Source: Candidatus Moraniibacteriota bacterium
GTDB taxonomy: Bacteria > Patescibacteriota > Minisyncoccia > Moranbacterales > UBA1568
Direction of reading: 5' to 3'
DNA: 64,000 nucleotides
Assembly (NCBI GenBank): GCA_028688415.1
Contig: JAQTYF010000001.1
Location: forward strand, 464,627 to 528,626
Shown here: one piece after another, positions 9,710 to 19,690 of the stretch
Numbering within the stretch: the stretch's first letter is position 1
How the letters are laid out: every line of letters begins with the position of its first letter
The notes under the pieces: generated by a model
The model's input: only the letters and a program-made list of their open reading frames with translations
What the model was told of the DNA's origin: nothing
The model's database searches: none
Made by a program: the position numbers and the translations under genes

Positions 9710-9815
9710 CTACTTCAGTTTCTCTTTTAATACATCTGCTACAACTTTCGGATTGGCCCCGCCCGCAACGATTCGCAAGCGAAGCGTAGCGATTCGGGCA
9801 GGCTTTCCCCTTTAT
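9710..9815 (-). pseudogene. Relic alternative gatB 3' end (KGK.. ANPKVVADVLKEKLK*) interrupted by a 45-bp CCTG..CGGG element (9758-9802)
   Basis: Matches the GatB tail KGKANPKIVQELLKKKLS; the inner element is nearly identical to the one in miaA. Confidence 0.75.
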
Positions 9816-9850
9816 TTTCTTTCCACCAGAGGTGGATCGGAAATTATCAG

Positions 9851-11332
9851 CTAGCTGAGTTTCTTCTTCAATAATTCCTGTACGATTTTCGGATTGGCCT
9901 TCCCTTTCGTAGCCGACATCACCTGCCCGATGAGAAACTGGAAAGCATTCTGCTTGCCGGCGCGATAATCAGCCACTGATTTTTCGTTGGCAGAAAGTAC
10001 TGACGAGACAATCGTCTCCAATTCTGAAGTATCGCTCATCTGAGACAGATTCAATCGTTCGATAATATGCGATGGATCATTATCTCCTCCTTTGTACATT
10101 TCCGCAAGTACTGTCTGAGCAGCACTGGAGTTTATTTTTCCTTCGGCGACAATGCCAATGAATTCTGCGTAGTTTTCTGGCGTAATTTTGATATTCGTAA
10201 TATCTTCTCCGTGCTCTGTAAAATATTTTCGTAACTCAGTGAGGACATAATTGGAAGCGAGTTTCATCGCGCGCTCAAATGGCACGGTGACTTCTCGAGA
10301 CTTGACCTTCTCAGCAAGTTCACTCGCTACTGCTTCAAAATAATTTGCGAGATGATGATCGTCTGTCAGTGTCACTACATCCGCGAGAGGGAGACCATAT
10401 TCCGTCACAAACCGATGAAGCTTCGCATCAGGCAATTCGGGCAGTGTCGCACGCAACTTCTCTACGTATTCTGAATCAAATTCAAACGGAGGAATATCTG
10501 GTTCCGGGAAATATCGATAGTCATGAGCAGATTCTTTCTTCCGCTGAGAAACAGTGAGATTTTTTGCCTCGTCCCATCCTCTGGTTTCCTGTACGAGTTT
10601 TTCTCCTGCCTCAAGCACGCTCGTCTGTCTTACAATCTCATATTCGATAGCACGTTCGACAGAACGAAATGAATTGATATTTTTCACTTCTACTTTGGTA
10701 CCAGACAATCGATCCGCTCCATCGGGATAAAGTGAGATATTCACCTCACAACGCATCTGACCCTTTTCCATATCAGCATCTGATACATCGAGATAGCGAA
10801 GTGTCTGACGGAGTTTCTGACAGAATAATCGCACATCTTTCCCTGTCGAAAAATCAGCTTCGGTGACAAGCTCCATAAGTGGTACACCAGCACGGTTAAA
10901 ATCCACCAATGTGAAATGTTCTCCCGTTGGATGCATCGACTTTCCTGTATCTTCTTCGAGATGGATACGAGTAATACGAAATGATTTCTTGGTCTCACCA
11001 TCTTCTATTTCCATCACTCCGTGTTCACAAAACGGTTCATCGTACTGAGAAATTTGATACCCCTTTGGAATATCTGGATAGAAGTAATTCTTTCGATCAA
11101 ATTTGGAATTGAGACGAAGTGTACAGCTCAAAGCGAGACCGACGCGCTGGACCGCTTCTATCGCTTTGCGATTCGGCACAGGAAGAGTTCCTGGTTGAGC
11201 AGTACAGACAGGACAAATATTGACATTTGGTACCGTCTCCACGCCGAGTCCATTTTTGCACGCACAAAACATCTTGGAAGCTGTTTTCAGCTCTGCATGA
11301 ATTTCCATTCCTATCGTAACGTTGTATTTCAT
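9851..11332 (-). CDS. gatB: Asp/Glu-tRNA amidotransferase subunit B
   Basis: IGMEIHAEL, FDRKNYFYPDIPKGYQISQ, HLEEDTGK, YRYFPEPD. Confidence 0.98.
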   Translation of the reverse strand: MKYNVTIGMEIHAELKTASKMFCACKNGLGVETVPNVNICPVCTAQPGTLPVPNRKAIEAVQRVGLALSCTLRLNSKFDRKNYFYPDIPKGYQISQYDEPFCEHGVMEIEDGETKKSFRITRIHLEEDTGKSMHPTGEHFTLVDFNRAGVPLMELVTEADFSTGKDVRLFCQKLRQTLRYLDVSDADMEKGQMRCEVNISLYPDGADRLSGTKVEVKNINSFRSVERAIEYEIVRQTSVLEAGEKLVQETRGWDEAKNLTVSQRKKESAHDYRYFPEPDIPPFEFDSEYVEKLRATLPELPDAKLHRFVTEYGLPLADVVTLTDDHHLANYFEAVASELAEKVKSREVTVPFERAMKLASNYVLTELRKYFTEHGEDITNIKITPENYAEFIGIVAEGKINSSAAQTVLAEMYKGGDNDPSHIIERLNLSQMSDTSELETIVSSVLSANEKSVADYRAGKQNAFQFLIGQVMSATKGKANPKIVQELLKKKLS

Positions 11333-11433
11333 AAAGATATTGAGAAACACTCTTCAATTAAACAAATTCTTACACATCAATTCTAACACCATCTGCATAT
11401 TCTCTCAATCTCTCATCTTTCTCTACGAACACT

Positions 11434-11988
11434 CTACATCTCCAGTTTTTTCACCATTTCATCCACCTGTGCATAGAGTTCTTCGAGCGTTCCATCATTA
11501 TTGATGACGAAATCAGCACGTTCTTTCAAGGCACGAATCTGCGTTTCTGATTCGAGCAATGCATCTTTCTCAAATTGTGCTTCTGTCTTGATGGTGTCAT
11601 CAGTATTCTGATGTCTCTGAATCAATCGTTTGTATCGTGCTTCAGGAGAAGTCTCCACATAGACAAAATAGAAATGTTCTTCATTTTCCAAATGGATGAT
11701 ATCTGGTGATCGACGTATACCATCGACAACAACGAGTTTGTTTTCACTTTTTTCTGCCTCTGCCAATATCACCCGAGAAAATATATCCTCTCCAAAAGCT
11801 TTTCGAAGATGGAGAGAAAGTTTTGCCATATTCTCTCGATTTTGCTCCAGATACAATCGATCGAGCATATCTCGGAGTGGTTGCGAAAAACGAAGCGAGG
11901 ATGCCTGATATTTCTCTACCATATATTTTCCTACTGTATCTTTGCCGGATGCTATTTCTCCTGAAATACCCAAAATAATTTTCTGCAT
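11434..11988 (-). CDS. P-loop nucleoside monophosphate / dephospho-CoA-type kinase
   Basis: GEIASGKDT Walker A, VVDGIR, ADFVINNDGTLEEL. Confidence 0.8.
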   Translation of the reverse strand: MQKIILGISGEIASGKDTVGKYMVEKYQASSLRFSQPLRDMLDRLYLEQNRENMAKLSLHLRKAFGEDIFSRVILAEAEKSENKLVVVDGIRRSPDIIHLENEEHFYFVYVETSPEARYKRLIQRHQNTDDTIKTEAQFEKDALLESETQIRALKERADFVINNDGTLEELYAQVDEMVKKLEM

Positions 11989-12008
11989 ACAACTCTTTTT
12001 CTTATAAA

Positions 12009-12497
12009 TTAATTCCTCTCTCGCACAACAAATGAAAATGTATATTGACCATTATTCTGTTTTTCTTCACTCACTACTTTTGTAAAGTCGCTATAATCAG
12101 GGAAAAATGTATCAGCATCATGAACACCCACTACTTCTGTCACATACAAACGGTCAACAATGGGCAAAAATTGTTTATAGATACTCGCCCCACCGATAAT
12201 AAAAATTTCTTCTGATTCGTGCTCTTTGGCAACACTCAAAGCCTCATCAATAGAACGAACTACGAAACATCCTTCGGGCGCAAACTCTGGTGTCAACGAG
12301 AGAATGATATTCGTACGATTTGGAAGCGGTCGTCCGATAGAATGATAGGTATTTTCCCCCATCACTACGGTATGACTGGTCGTCAATTCTTTGAAGTGTT
12401 TCAGATCTTCTGGGATGTGCCACAAAAGCTGGTTATCTTTTCCGATAGCCCGCTTTTCATCTACTGCAACGATAATACTCAGCCTAGGCTTTGTCAT
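12009..12497 (-). CDS. folA: Dihydrofolate reductase
   Basis: IGKDNQLLWHIPEDLKHFK, PLPNR, IIGGASIY, DTFFP. Confidence 0.97.
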   Translation of the reverse strand: MTKPRLSIIVAVDEKRAIGKDNQLLWHIPEDLKHFKELTTSHTVVMGENTYHSIGRPLPNRTNIILSLTPEFAPEGCFVVRSIDEALSVAKEHESEEIFIIGGASIYKQFLPIVDRLYVTEVVGVHDADTFFPDYSDFTKVVSEEKQNNGQYTFSFVVRERN

Positions 12498-12558
12498 AGA
12501 ATGCTTTTATTTCTTATAGTCACAAAAAATGGAACGAATAATATTAAAAACTTTTTAT

Positions 12559-12639
12559 ATTCAGGAGCAAGAATTTTTAGATAAACCCGTCCGAAGCAGT
12601 TTCGCCCAATGGTTTTCTAAAAAATTCTTGCTCCTGAAT
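12559..12639. repeat. Long intergenic hairpin (family shared with 9617-9699)
   Basis: attcaggagcaagaatttttag ... ctaaaaaattcttgctcctgaat. Confidence 0.75.
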
Positions 12640-12723
12640 TCTCTCCTTACTGTAAATACTTTTTTTATTTTTAAGTATTCTCCTTCAAAAATTATAGTTT
12701 ACAATGACTGGACGTTGTAAATA

Positions 12724-13740
12724 TTATTTCACTTTCTTCTCAAACCCACCGATATTCGCAATTTCTCCTCGAATAGCAGGATGTGGATCATAGCCTTCGA
12801 TGATGATGTCTTCAAACACGAAATCATCGATATTTTTTCTTTCTGGATTGAGTGTCAATTTCGGGAATGGTCGCGGTTCACGAGTGAGCTGCTCTTTCAC
12901 CTGGTCGAAATGATTGCTATAGATGTGTGCATCACCAAAAAAGTGTACAAATTCCCCTGGTTTGAATCCTGTCACCTGTGCCACCATATGGAGCAACAAC
13001 GCATAACTCGCAATGTTGAACGGTACGCCGAGGAAAGTATCTGCACTTCGTTGGTAGAGTCCGAGATTGAGCGTATCATTCCCTGTTACCTGAAATTGGA
13101 ATGTTGTATGACAAAATGGTGGGACCTCATTCTCATTACCTGCTGACGCCATTGCATAGATGAAATCCGGATTCCATGCAGAAATAACATAGGATTTGCG
13201 AAACGGTTTGTCTTTCAGTCCATCGATAACCCAACCGAGTTGATCGATTTCTCTCCCGTCACTCGCTGGCCAACGTCGCCACATTCGTCCATAAATAGTG
13301 ATGAGATCACCCCATTCTCGCACAAAAGCATCATCTTCCGGAAGCGATTTCAATTTTTCAATAAACTCTTTCTGTTCCATCTGAGGAAGTCCTGTAGCAA
13401 GAGCTTGTTTGTTATACCGTTTCCATGCCCACTCGTCCCAGATATGAACATCGTTGTCGACGAGGTATTTAATATTCGAATCCCCCTTGAGAAACCAGAG
13501 GAGTTCATGAATGATACCCCGATGAAAGACCTTCTTGGTCGTGAGAAGAGGAAATCCGTCAGCCATATCATATCGCATCGAGTACCCAAAAACAGAACGG
13601 ATAGAAGGCGGTGTCACTCCTCGCTCTTTGTATTGCGCCAAAATTTCTTTCGTGAAGAATACTTCTTTGTCCGATCCTTTTTCGAGAATCGTTTTCACCA
13701 TATCGAGATATTGATATTCAGGATGTCGTTTTGTTTCCAT
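12724..13740 (-). CDS. thyA: Thymidylate synthase (divergent phosphate-binding loops)
   Basis: [23 protein letters not shown] catalytic Cys, [21 protein letters not shown]. Confidence 0.95.
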   Translation of the reverse strand: METKRHPEYQYLDMVKTILEKGSDKEVFFTKEILAQYKERGVTPPSIRSVFGYSMRYDMADGFPLLTTKKVFHRGIIHELLWFLKGDSNIKYLVDNDVHIWDEWAWKRYNKQALATGLPQMEQKEFIEKLKSLPEDDAFVREWGDLITIYGRMWRRWPASDGREIDQLGWVIDGLKDKPFRKSYVISAWNPDFIYAMASAGNENEVPPFCHTTFQFQVTGNDTLNLGLYQRSADTFLGVPFNIASYALLLHMVAQVTGFKPGEFVHFFGDAHIYSNHFDQVKEQLTREPRPFPKLTLNPERKNIDDFVFEDIIIEGYDPHPAIRGEIANIGGFEKKVK

Positions 13741-13758
13741 AGATGGTTTCGAAAAATA

Positions 13759-14319
13759 TTATTTCTTCTTTGCCTCACGTTTCTTTTCTGGTTGGAAATG
13801 TTTCCAATTGTTTTTACTGAAACGACCTACTTTTTTGTAGTTATTCTCTACAGGACTCGTCAGTGTCGAAAAAACAAACTGCGCTATTTGCATACCAGGA
13901 CGGAGGACGAGTGGTACACGATTGATATTCGATAATTCGAGAGTAAGATTCAAAAAATGTCCTGGGTTGATGAGCCCGGCGGTATTGTGTACGACGAGAC
14001 CGACACGAGCGAGACTGCTTTTTCCAGAAATTTGTATGAGGTATTTGTCACTTCCGACGAAATCACGCACTTTCCCGAGTACCGTCTCTCCAGGAAACAG
14101 ATAGAATGCCTCCCCTTCTTTCACATGATGCTCTACTGTGTGAGGGAAAACTTTTTTTACCGGATCAATAAATGGCGTATTGTGAACATCAGTCACCATA
14201 AAATCATTATCCAGAATCACATCATAACTGACCGATCCGAGACGTTTTGGATCGAAGTCTTTGATAGTAATCGTGCCGTCTTTCACTGCCTGCTTGATAT
14301 CGTGGTCAGAGAGATACAT
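13759..14319 (-). CDS. dcd: dCTP deaminase
   Basis: MYLSDHDI, GKSSLARVGL.VH.TAG.INPG, TLEL.N, IAQFVF. Confidence 0.9.
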   Translation of the reverse strand: MYLSDHDIKQAVKDGTITIKDFDPKRLGSVSYDVILDNDFMVTDVHNTPFIDPVKKVFPHTVEHHVKEGEAFYLFPGETVLGKVRDFVGSDKYLIQISGKSSLARVGLVVHNTAGLINPGHFLNLTLELSNINRVPLVLRPGMQIAQFVFSTLTSPVENNYKKVGRFSKNNWKHFQPEKKREAKKK

Positions 14320-14330
14320 AAAGGGATGTA

Positions 14331-15014
14331 TTAGGAAATAGTAAATGTCTTGTCGGTGCCATAGTACTCTGACCAATGTTCATTGTAATACGCGAACATA
14401 CGCTCGAGTCGGTCTTGTGACAATTCCTCGATACCAAGTGTTTCCATGAGTGTCCGGAGATCACGCTTCACCTGTTCTGCGGAAGTACCATCTGTCACTA
14501 TTTTTTCCAATTCTACTACATATCCGTAACCAGCATTTCTATCAATACAAGCCGTCGTATCTTGAAAGATATATTCTCTCCGATCACGAGACCATTTGGC
14601 CTGATACGTACAACCGGCTTCGAGCAAAACTCGGTCAAGTGCTTCAAGCGATAGCTCTGGTATTTCTGCTTCAAATTCTATGCGAGCTGTACCGTTGGAA
14701 CTTGTTGTATCGTCTATAGAAGCCTTGGCGACGAACAAAACTTTTTTGTTTGCTTGTCGAGTACGGAGAGAGAGATTGTTTCCTTCGTTCAGCACCTTCT
14801 TAAATGCTTCGATTTTCTTTTTGGCAATATGAGAAGTAAGAGCGATACATATCTTCTCACCATCTCCACCGACAAAATAATGATTGAGTTGGGAGCTTTT
14901 TGAAACGAGCTTCGTCGATGGATCAATACTCTGCATTTTTTGTATTAGATTGTTGGCATTTTCTTCACTACCGAGGAGAGATTTGATCTCTATTTCATAT
15001 TGCTGTACGGTCAT
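14331..15014 (-). CDS. CYTH-domain (triphosphate tunnel) protein
   Basis: N-terminal EIEIK (ExExK), Q.NHYF, LRTR, GYVVELEK. Confidence 0.75.
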   Translation of the reverse strand: MTVQQYEIEIKSLLGSEENANNLIQKMQSIDPSTKLVSKSSQLNHYFVGGDGEKICIALTSHIAKKKIEAFKKVLNEGNNLSLRTRQANKKVLFVAKASIDDTTSSNGTARIEFEAEIPELSLEALDRVLLEAGCTYQAKWSRDRREYIFQDTTACIDRNAGYGYVVELEKIVTDGTSAEQVKRDLRTLMETLGIEELSQDRLERMFAYYNEHWSEYYGTDKTFTIS

Positions 15015-15103
15015 AGTTTTCTTGAAAAAAGCAATTTAACACCCCTTTAGTATATCATATCTTCTTCTGATAAAGAAAACTCAAAAATGATATACCTTTC
15101 TAC

Positions 15104-15131
15104 AAAAAACAGACCATTGCTGGTCTGTTTG
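15104..15131 (-). terminator. Intrinsic terminator after rplA
   Basis: aaaaacagacca-ttgc-tggtctgttt hairpin with U-tract on the minus strand. Confidence 0.7.
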
Positions 15132-15144
15132 GAGTCGAAATATA

Positions 15145-15834
15145 TTACAACTTGATTGGGAGGCTCGGACTCATTGTAGAACACAAAAAGAGAGATTTCA
15201 CAAACTTTCCTTTCATGTTTTCTGGCTTGGAGCGATCAAGGGTTTCACGAAACATCGTATAGTTCTCGAGCAATGCCTCAGGAGTAAAAGACGTTTTTCC
15301 GATAACCTGATGGATATTTCCTGTGTCATCGTTTTTGAAACTCACTTTTTTCCCTTTTTTGAGCATCTCTACTGTTTCTTTGATCTTTGGAGTGACAGTC
15401 TCTGTCTTTGGGCTTGGCATCACACCTTTTTGTCCGAGAATTTTGGCTACGAGAGCAAGCTTTGGCATCATTTCAGGCGTTGCGAGCAATACATCGAAAT
15501 CTTGGCCAGGAACGATTTTCCCATTCTTGATATCAGCAATCAATTCTTCTCCACCGATGAGGTCGGCTTTTGCTTCTTCTGCTTCTTTCTGCTTCGTACT
15601 GGTGATGACCGCTACTTTTTTACTACGACCCGTTCCTTGTGGCAGGATAAGGGTGACACGCACCATTTCATCTGATTTCTTGGTATTGATACCGAGATGA
15701 GCGTGTACTTCAATAGCTTCATCGAATTTCGTCATTTTGTGTGACTGCAAAAAAGCAAAAGCTTCTTCTGGGGTGTATGCCTTCTCTGCTTCTACTTGAG
15801 TGGCGACTCCTGTGTATTTCTTTCCTCTGTGCAT
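15145..15834 (-). CDS. rplA: 50S ribosomal protein L1
   Basis: KFDEAIE, LPQGTG, ATPEMM, MPSPK, STMSP. Confidence 0.96.
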   Translation of the reverse strand: MHRGKKYTGVATQVEAEKAYTPEEAFAFLQSHKMTKFDEAIEVHAHLGINTKKSDEMVRVTLILPQGTGRSKKVAVITSTKQKEAEEAKADLIGGEELIADIKNGKIVPGQDFDVLLATPEMMPKLALVAKILGQKGVMPSPKTETVTPKIKETVEMLKKGKKVSFKNDDTGNIHQVIGKTSFTPEALLENYTMFRETLDRSKPENMKGKFVKSLFLCSTMSPSLPIKL

Positions 15835-15905
15835 AGTATTGTACGTGGTGCAAACGAGTTTTTCATGACTCTTCCACATAATAAAAAATTATCTTCTAAA
15901 AAACA

Positions 15906-16331
15906 CTAGTCGACTACTTTGATACCCATCGAACGAGCAGATCCAGCAATGATCTTCATCGCCTGTTCGACATCATTCGCATTCAGATCTTCCATTTTTT
16001 TCTCAGCGATTTCACGAACCTGTGCCATTGTGACAGAACCAGCCTTGTCCTTGAGCGGATTAGAGGCTCCTTTGGCGACATTGGCTGCTTTCTTGAGCAA
16101 ATCAGAAGCAGGAGAGGTCTTCAGAACGAATGTGAATGTACGATCTTCGAACACAGTGATTTCAGCTGGAACGACATCTCCCATACGATCTTGAGTAGCA
16201 GCGTTAAACTTCGAACAGAAATCCTGAATATTGAGTCCGTGCTGACCAAGAGCTGGACCAACTGGTGGAGCTGGGTTTGCTTTACCGGCAGGGATCTGCA
16301 ACTTGATAACGGTTTTTATTGCCTTTGCCAT
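15906..16331 (-). CDS. rplK: 50S ribosomal protein L11
   Basis: [23 protein letters not shown]. Confidence 0.98.
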   Translation of the reverse strand: MAKAIKTVIKLQIPAGKANPAPPVGPALGQHGLNIQDFCSKFNAATQDRMGDVVPAEITVFEDRTFTFVLKTSPASDLLKKAANVAKGASNPLKDKAGSVTMAQVREIAEKKMEDLNANDVEQAMKIIAGSARSMGIKVVD

Positions 16332-16352
16332 AATGAGTACTCTTTTGATAAA

Positions 16353-16898
16353 TTATGCTTTTCTTACTTGCAGAAAGTCCAGTTCGACAGGTGTTTCGCG
16401 ACCGAAGAGAGAAACAAACACTTTGACTTTTCCTTTCTCTTCATCTACTTCCTGGATTTTTCCATCAAAATCTTTGAATGGTCCGTCAGTGATCTTGATA
16501 GCATCGCCCACATGGACATCGATTTTGTATTTCGGTTCTGCGACACCCATACGTTTTTTGAGGGCATCGATTTCCTTAGGATCGATAGGTGTCGGGGTCG
16601 TACCAAGTCCGATGAATCCTGTCACGTTCGGAGTGTTGCGGACGACATACCACGAGGCATCAGTCACAATCATATCGACGAGCACATATCCAGGGTAGAT
16701 ACGTTCTTCGACGACGACGCGCTTCCCTCCTTTGATCTTGATCTTTTTTTCTTTGGGAACAAGGACGTCAAAAATGAGTTCTTGCATATCCATCGAATCG
16801 ATTCTTTGCTTCAGGTTACGGGTTACGTTTTCTTCGTATCCAGAATACGTATGAAGTACGTACCACGCGCGTCCGTGATGTTGTGTCTGCTTTGCCAT
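16353..16898 (-). CDS. nusG: Transcription factor NusG
   Basis: WYVLHTYSGYE, PGYVLV, KOW motif GPFKDFDG, FGRETPVEL. Confidence 0.98.
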   Translation of the reverse strand: MAKQTQHHGRAWYVLHTYSGYEENVTRNLKQRIDSMDMQELIFDVLVPKEKKIKIKGGKRVVVEERIYPGYVLVDMIVTDASWYVVRNTPNVTGFIGLGTTPTPIDPKEIDALKKRMGVAEPKYKIDVHVGDAIKITDGPFKDFDGKIQEVDEEKGKVKVFVSLFGRETPVELDFLQVRKA

Positions 16899-16953
16899 AG
16901 GAATAAAATCACCAATAACCGATCCGCTACAACGAGCGAATCAATAACTGGAC

Positions 16954-17139
16954 TTATTGAATGAGAAACTTGGTAACGAGAGTACTGAAAAAATAATCTA
17001 AACTTCCGAGGAAAAATGCGACAAAAAGACTGATGGCAATAACCAAGATGGTATACATCGTGATTTGTTTGCGAGTCGGCCAGTTCACACGCGAAAGCTC
17101 GACTTTGGCTTCACTGAGAAATGCGATCATCTTGTTCAT
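16954..17139 (-). CDS. secE: Preprotein translocase SecE
   Basis: ELSRVNWPTRK plus one TM; upstream of nusG. Confidence 0.95.
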   Translation of the reverse strand: MNKMIAFLSEAKVELSRVNWPTRKQITMYTILVIAISLFVAFFLGSLDYFFSTLVTKFLIQ

Positions 17140-17275
17140 ATCAATTTCTCTCTTAAAAAAAGCCCCGAGGGCTTTGTGAATATATACTATCAGAAACGGT
17201 CTGCTTTGTCAATTGACGAAATGTCTGTACTCAGAAGAAAAAAATGCCTCATATAAAGCTCCTAAGCAAATATCC

Positions 17276-17806
17276 TCAGAACAGTTCCATCTCACGGAAA
17301 AATGCTTCGTACGATTCGAGACACGACTTGGCCTCTTCACGACTCATAACAAAATCTGCTTCGTGAATGATACGATTACGAATCTGATGTGCATCGATCA
17401 ACCTTTCTCGATTCTCGATTTGTCCAGGGTGTACCGAGGCGAGTTTGTCCGCCATAGTCTCTCCTGTGTATCCCATACCAGAGACGATTTCCTCAGCAAA
17501 CGCATCCGCTTCGAGAACGGCGACCTTGTACTGGGAAGGATTGGCATCGCCGAGTCGTGCGAGAATTTTTTCCCATCGTATGATGGATTTTGATTTCGAT
17601 ATGAGGGGACGAGTGGTGCCGAACAATGTTTTCTTGATATCTCCCGATACACCGCGCAGAATGAGAAGCATCACAACATCAGCAAATAACACAACGACAT
17701 AAACGAAAAGAAAAAACTTGATTGCTTTGACGACAATAGAGGCAGAAAGAAAAATATTCAAATTTTTCCAAAAATCCAACGCGAGAGCGAGCCAATCAAT
17801 TTCCAT
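17276..17806 (-). CDS. Conserved hypothetical membrane-anchored protein
   Basis: N-terminal TM; AVLEAD...GETMADKL...AHQIRNRIIH. Confidence 0.8.
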   Translation of the reverse strand: MEIDWLALALDFWKNLNIFLSASIVVKAIKFFLFVYVVVLFADVVMLLILRGVSGDIKKTLFGTTRPLISKSKSIIRWEKILARLGDANPSQYKVAVLEADAFAEEIVSGMGYTGETMADKLASVHPGQIENRERLIDAHQIRNRIIHEADFVMSREEAKSCLESYEAFFREMELF

Positions 17807-17814
17807 AAACGTTT

Positions 17815-19275
17815 TTATTTACTTTTTTTGTATTCTTTCTCGAACGCATCCGCCATACAAAGAAGGGTTTCTTCATCGAACCATTTTCCCTGGAGTTGTC
17901 CTCCTATAGGGAGTTCTTTTCCTTCTTCAGTCACTGTACCGATAGGAAAAGAAATCGCTGGCACCCCTGTCAGATTGGCGGTGATGGTATAGATATCGCC
18001 GAGATACATTTTGATTGGATCAGCGGATTTGTCTCCGATCTTGAATGCTGGCTCAGGAGCGGTCGGAGAAAAAATAAAATCTACTTGTTCGAACGCTTTT
18101 TCGAAATCTTGTTTGAGGAGTGCACGTACTTTCTGTGCCTTGAGATAATACGCATCATAGTATCCTGCTGACAGACTATAGGTACCGAGCATGATACGAC
18201 GTTTCACTTCTGGGCCAAACCCATGACGACGCGTATCGAGATACGTCTCGAGGAGTGTGCTCGTCTGTTCCGCCGAATCCTTCTCATCATTGATAGAAAG
18301 TCCATAACGAATACCATCATAACGAGCGAAGTTTGAACTCACTTCACACGGCTGAATGATATAGTAGGTCGGAAGAGCATACGAACTGTGAGGAAGTGAT
18401 ATCTCGATAATTTCCACACCGAGAGCGGTAAAATGTTTGATCGCAGTATCACAGAGTGCTCGAATTCTCGGATCGAGATCGGAAGAAAAATATTCTTTGG
18501 GAATACCAATTTTCTTCCCACGCACATCACCTCCGAGATAGTCCTCGTATTTCTTCTCATGTCCACTGTCAGCAGTGGTCGCATCGTGTGGATCGTGTCC
18601 GGCAATACGAGAGAGGACTATAGCGACATCTTCTACTGTTTGTCCGATGGGACCAATCTGATCCAGACTCGATGCTCCTGCCATCAACCCATAACGACTC
18701 ACTCTACCATATGTTGGTTTCAGTCCGACGACACCGCAGAAAGAAGCTGGCTGACGGATAGAACCACCTGTATCTGATCCGAGTGCCCACACCGCCTCTC
18801 CTGCTGCAACAGCCGCAGCTGATCCTCCTGATGTCCCTCCTGGCACACGAGTGAGATCATGAGGATTTTTAGTAATCTGATAGGCGCTATTTTCTGTCGA
18901 AGAACCGAGAGCAAATTCGTCCATATTGGTCTTTCCGAGTACTGACACGTGTACTGATTTCAGTTTGGCGATGACTGTTGCGTCATATGGAGCGATGTAG
19001 TTATCGAGAATTTTGGAAGCCGATGTCGTACGAATACCTTCAATCAAAATATTGTCTTTGATAGCTCCAGGGATACCTGCGAGAAGATCAATTGTTTCTC
19101 CGCGTTTCAATTGCTCATCGACAAAAGAAGCCTCCTTGAGCATCTGTTCTTCGAGCACGGTCAAATAAGCAAGAATCTCACCATCTTTTTCTTTGATGAT
19201 TTTCAGATACTGCTTGGCCAGATCAACCGCAGTGATTTCCCCTGCAACAAGTTTGTTGTGTAATAGACGAATCAT
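17815..19275 (-). CDS. gatA: Amidotransferase subunit A
   Basis: Amidase signature GGTSGGSAAAV, GSDTGGSIRQPA. Confidence 0.98.
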   Translation of the reverse strand: MIRLLHNKLVAGEITAVDLAKQYLKIIKEKDGEILAYLTVLEEQMLKEASFVDEQLKRGETIDLLAGIPGAIKDNILIEGIRTTSASKILDNYIAPYDATVIAKLKSVHVSVLGKTNMDEFALGSSTENSAYQITKNPHDLTRVPGGTSGGSAAAVAAGEAVWALGSDTGGSIRQPASFCGVVGLKPTYGRVSRYGLMAGASSLDQIGPIGQTVEDVAIVLSRIAGHDPHDATTADSGHEKKYEDYLGGDVRGKKIGIPKEYFSSDLDPRIRALCDTAIKHFTALGVEIIEISLPHSSYALPTYYIIQPCEVSSNFARYDGIRYGLSINDEKDSAEQTSTLLETYLDTRRHGFGPEVKRRIMLGTYSLSAGYYDAYYLKAQKVRALLKQDFEKAFEQVDFIFSPTAPEPAFKIGDKSADPIKMYLGDIYTITANLTGVPAISFPIGTVTEEGKELPIGGQLQGKWFDEETLLCMADAFEKEYKKSK

Positions 19276-19283
19276 ACGAACAT

Positions 19284-19571
19284 TTAGAAAACTGATTTTA
19301 CTTTGACAAATCCATCTTTTTTCGCTGGAACATTGTTCATAATATGTGTTCTTCCAGTATCACCAAAATCTTCACATACATCACTTCGCATCACATCTGT
19401 CCTCCCGGTGATATGTCCGATAGGGACGACGTCATCTGTCGGAAGCGTCTCGAGTTCACGGAAAAAATCAAAAACAGCCGACAAATCCTTCTGATATTTC
19501 GGTAATTCTTCCTCTGTCAGTCCGATACGACTGAGGAGTGCCACTTTTTTTACTTCTTCTTCGGTCAACAT
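19284..19571 (-). CDS. gatC: Amidotransferase subunit C
   Basis: EEVKKVALLSRI..., FVKVKSVF; upstream of gatA. Confidence 0.93.
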   Translation of the reverse strand: MLTEEEVKKVALLSRIGLTEEELPKYQKDLSAVFDFFRELETLPTDDVVPIGHITGRTDVMRSDVCEDFGDTGRTHIMNNVPAKKDGFVKVKSVF

Positions 19572-19581
19572 AATTCTGAAA

Positions 19582-19690
19582 TAATTTTCAATTTCTAATT
19601 TTCAATTTTCAAACAATGATACAATTCTCCAGTTTCGAAATTAATTCATTAAAAATTGTTTAGAAATTAAAAATTGTAAATTGAAAATTT
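19582..19690. repeat. Inverted heptamer-repeat element (TTTCAAT/TTTCTAA arrays)
   Basis: taattttcaatttctaattttcaattttcaaacaat ... attgtttagaaattaaaaattgtaaattgaaaatt. Confidence 0.75.
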
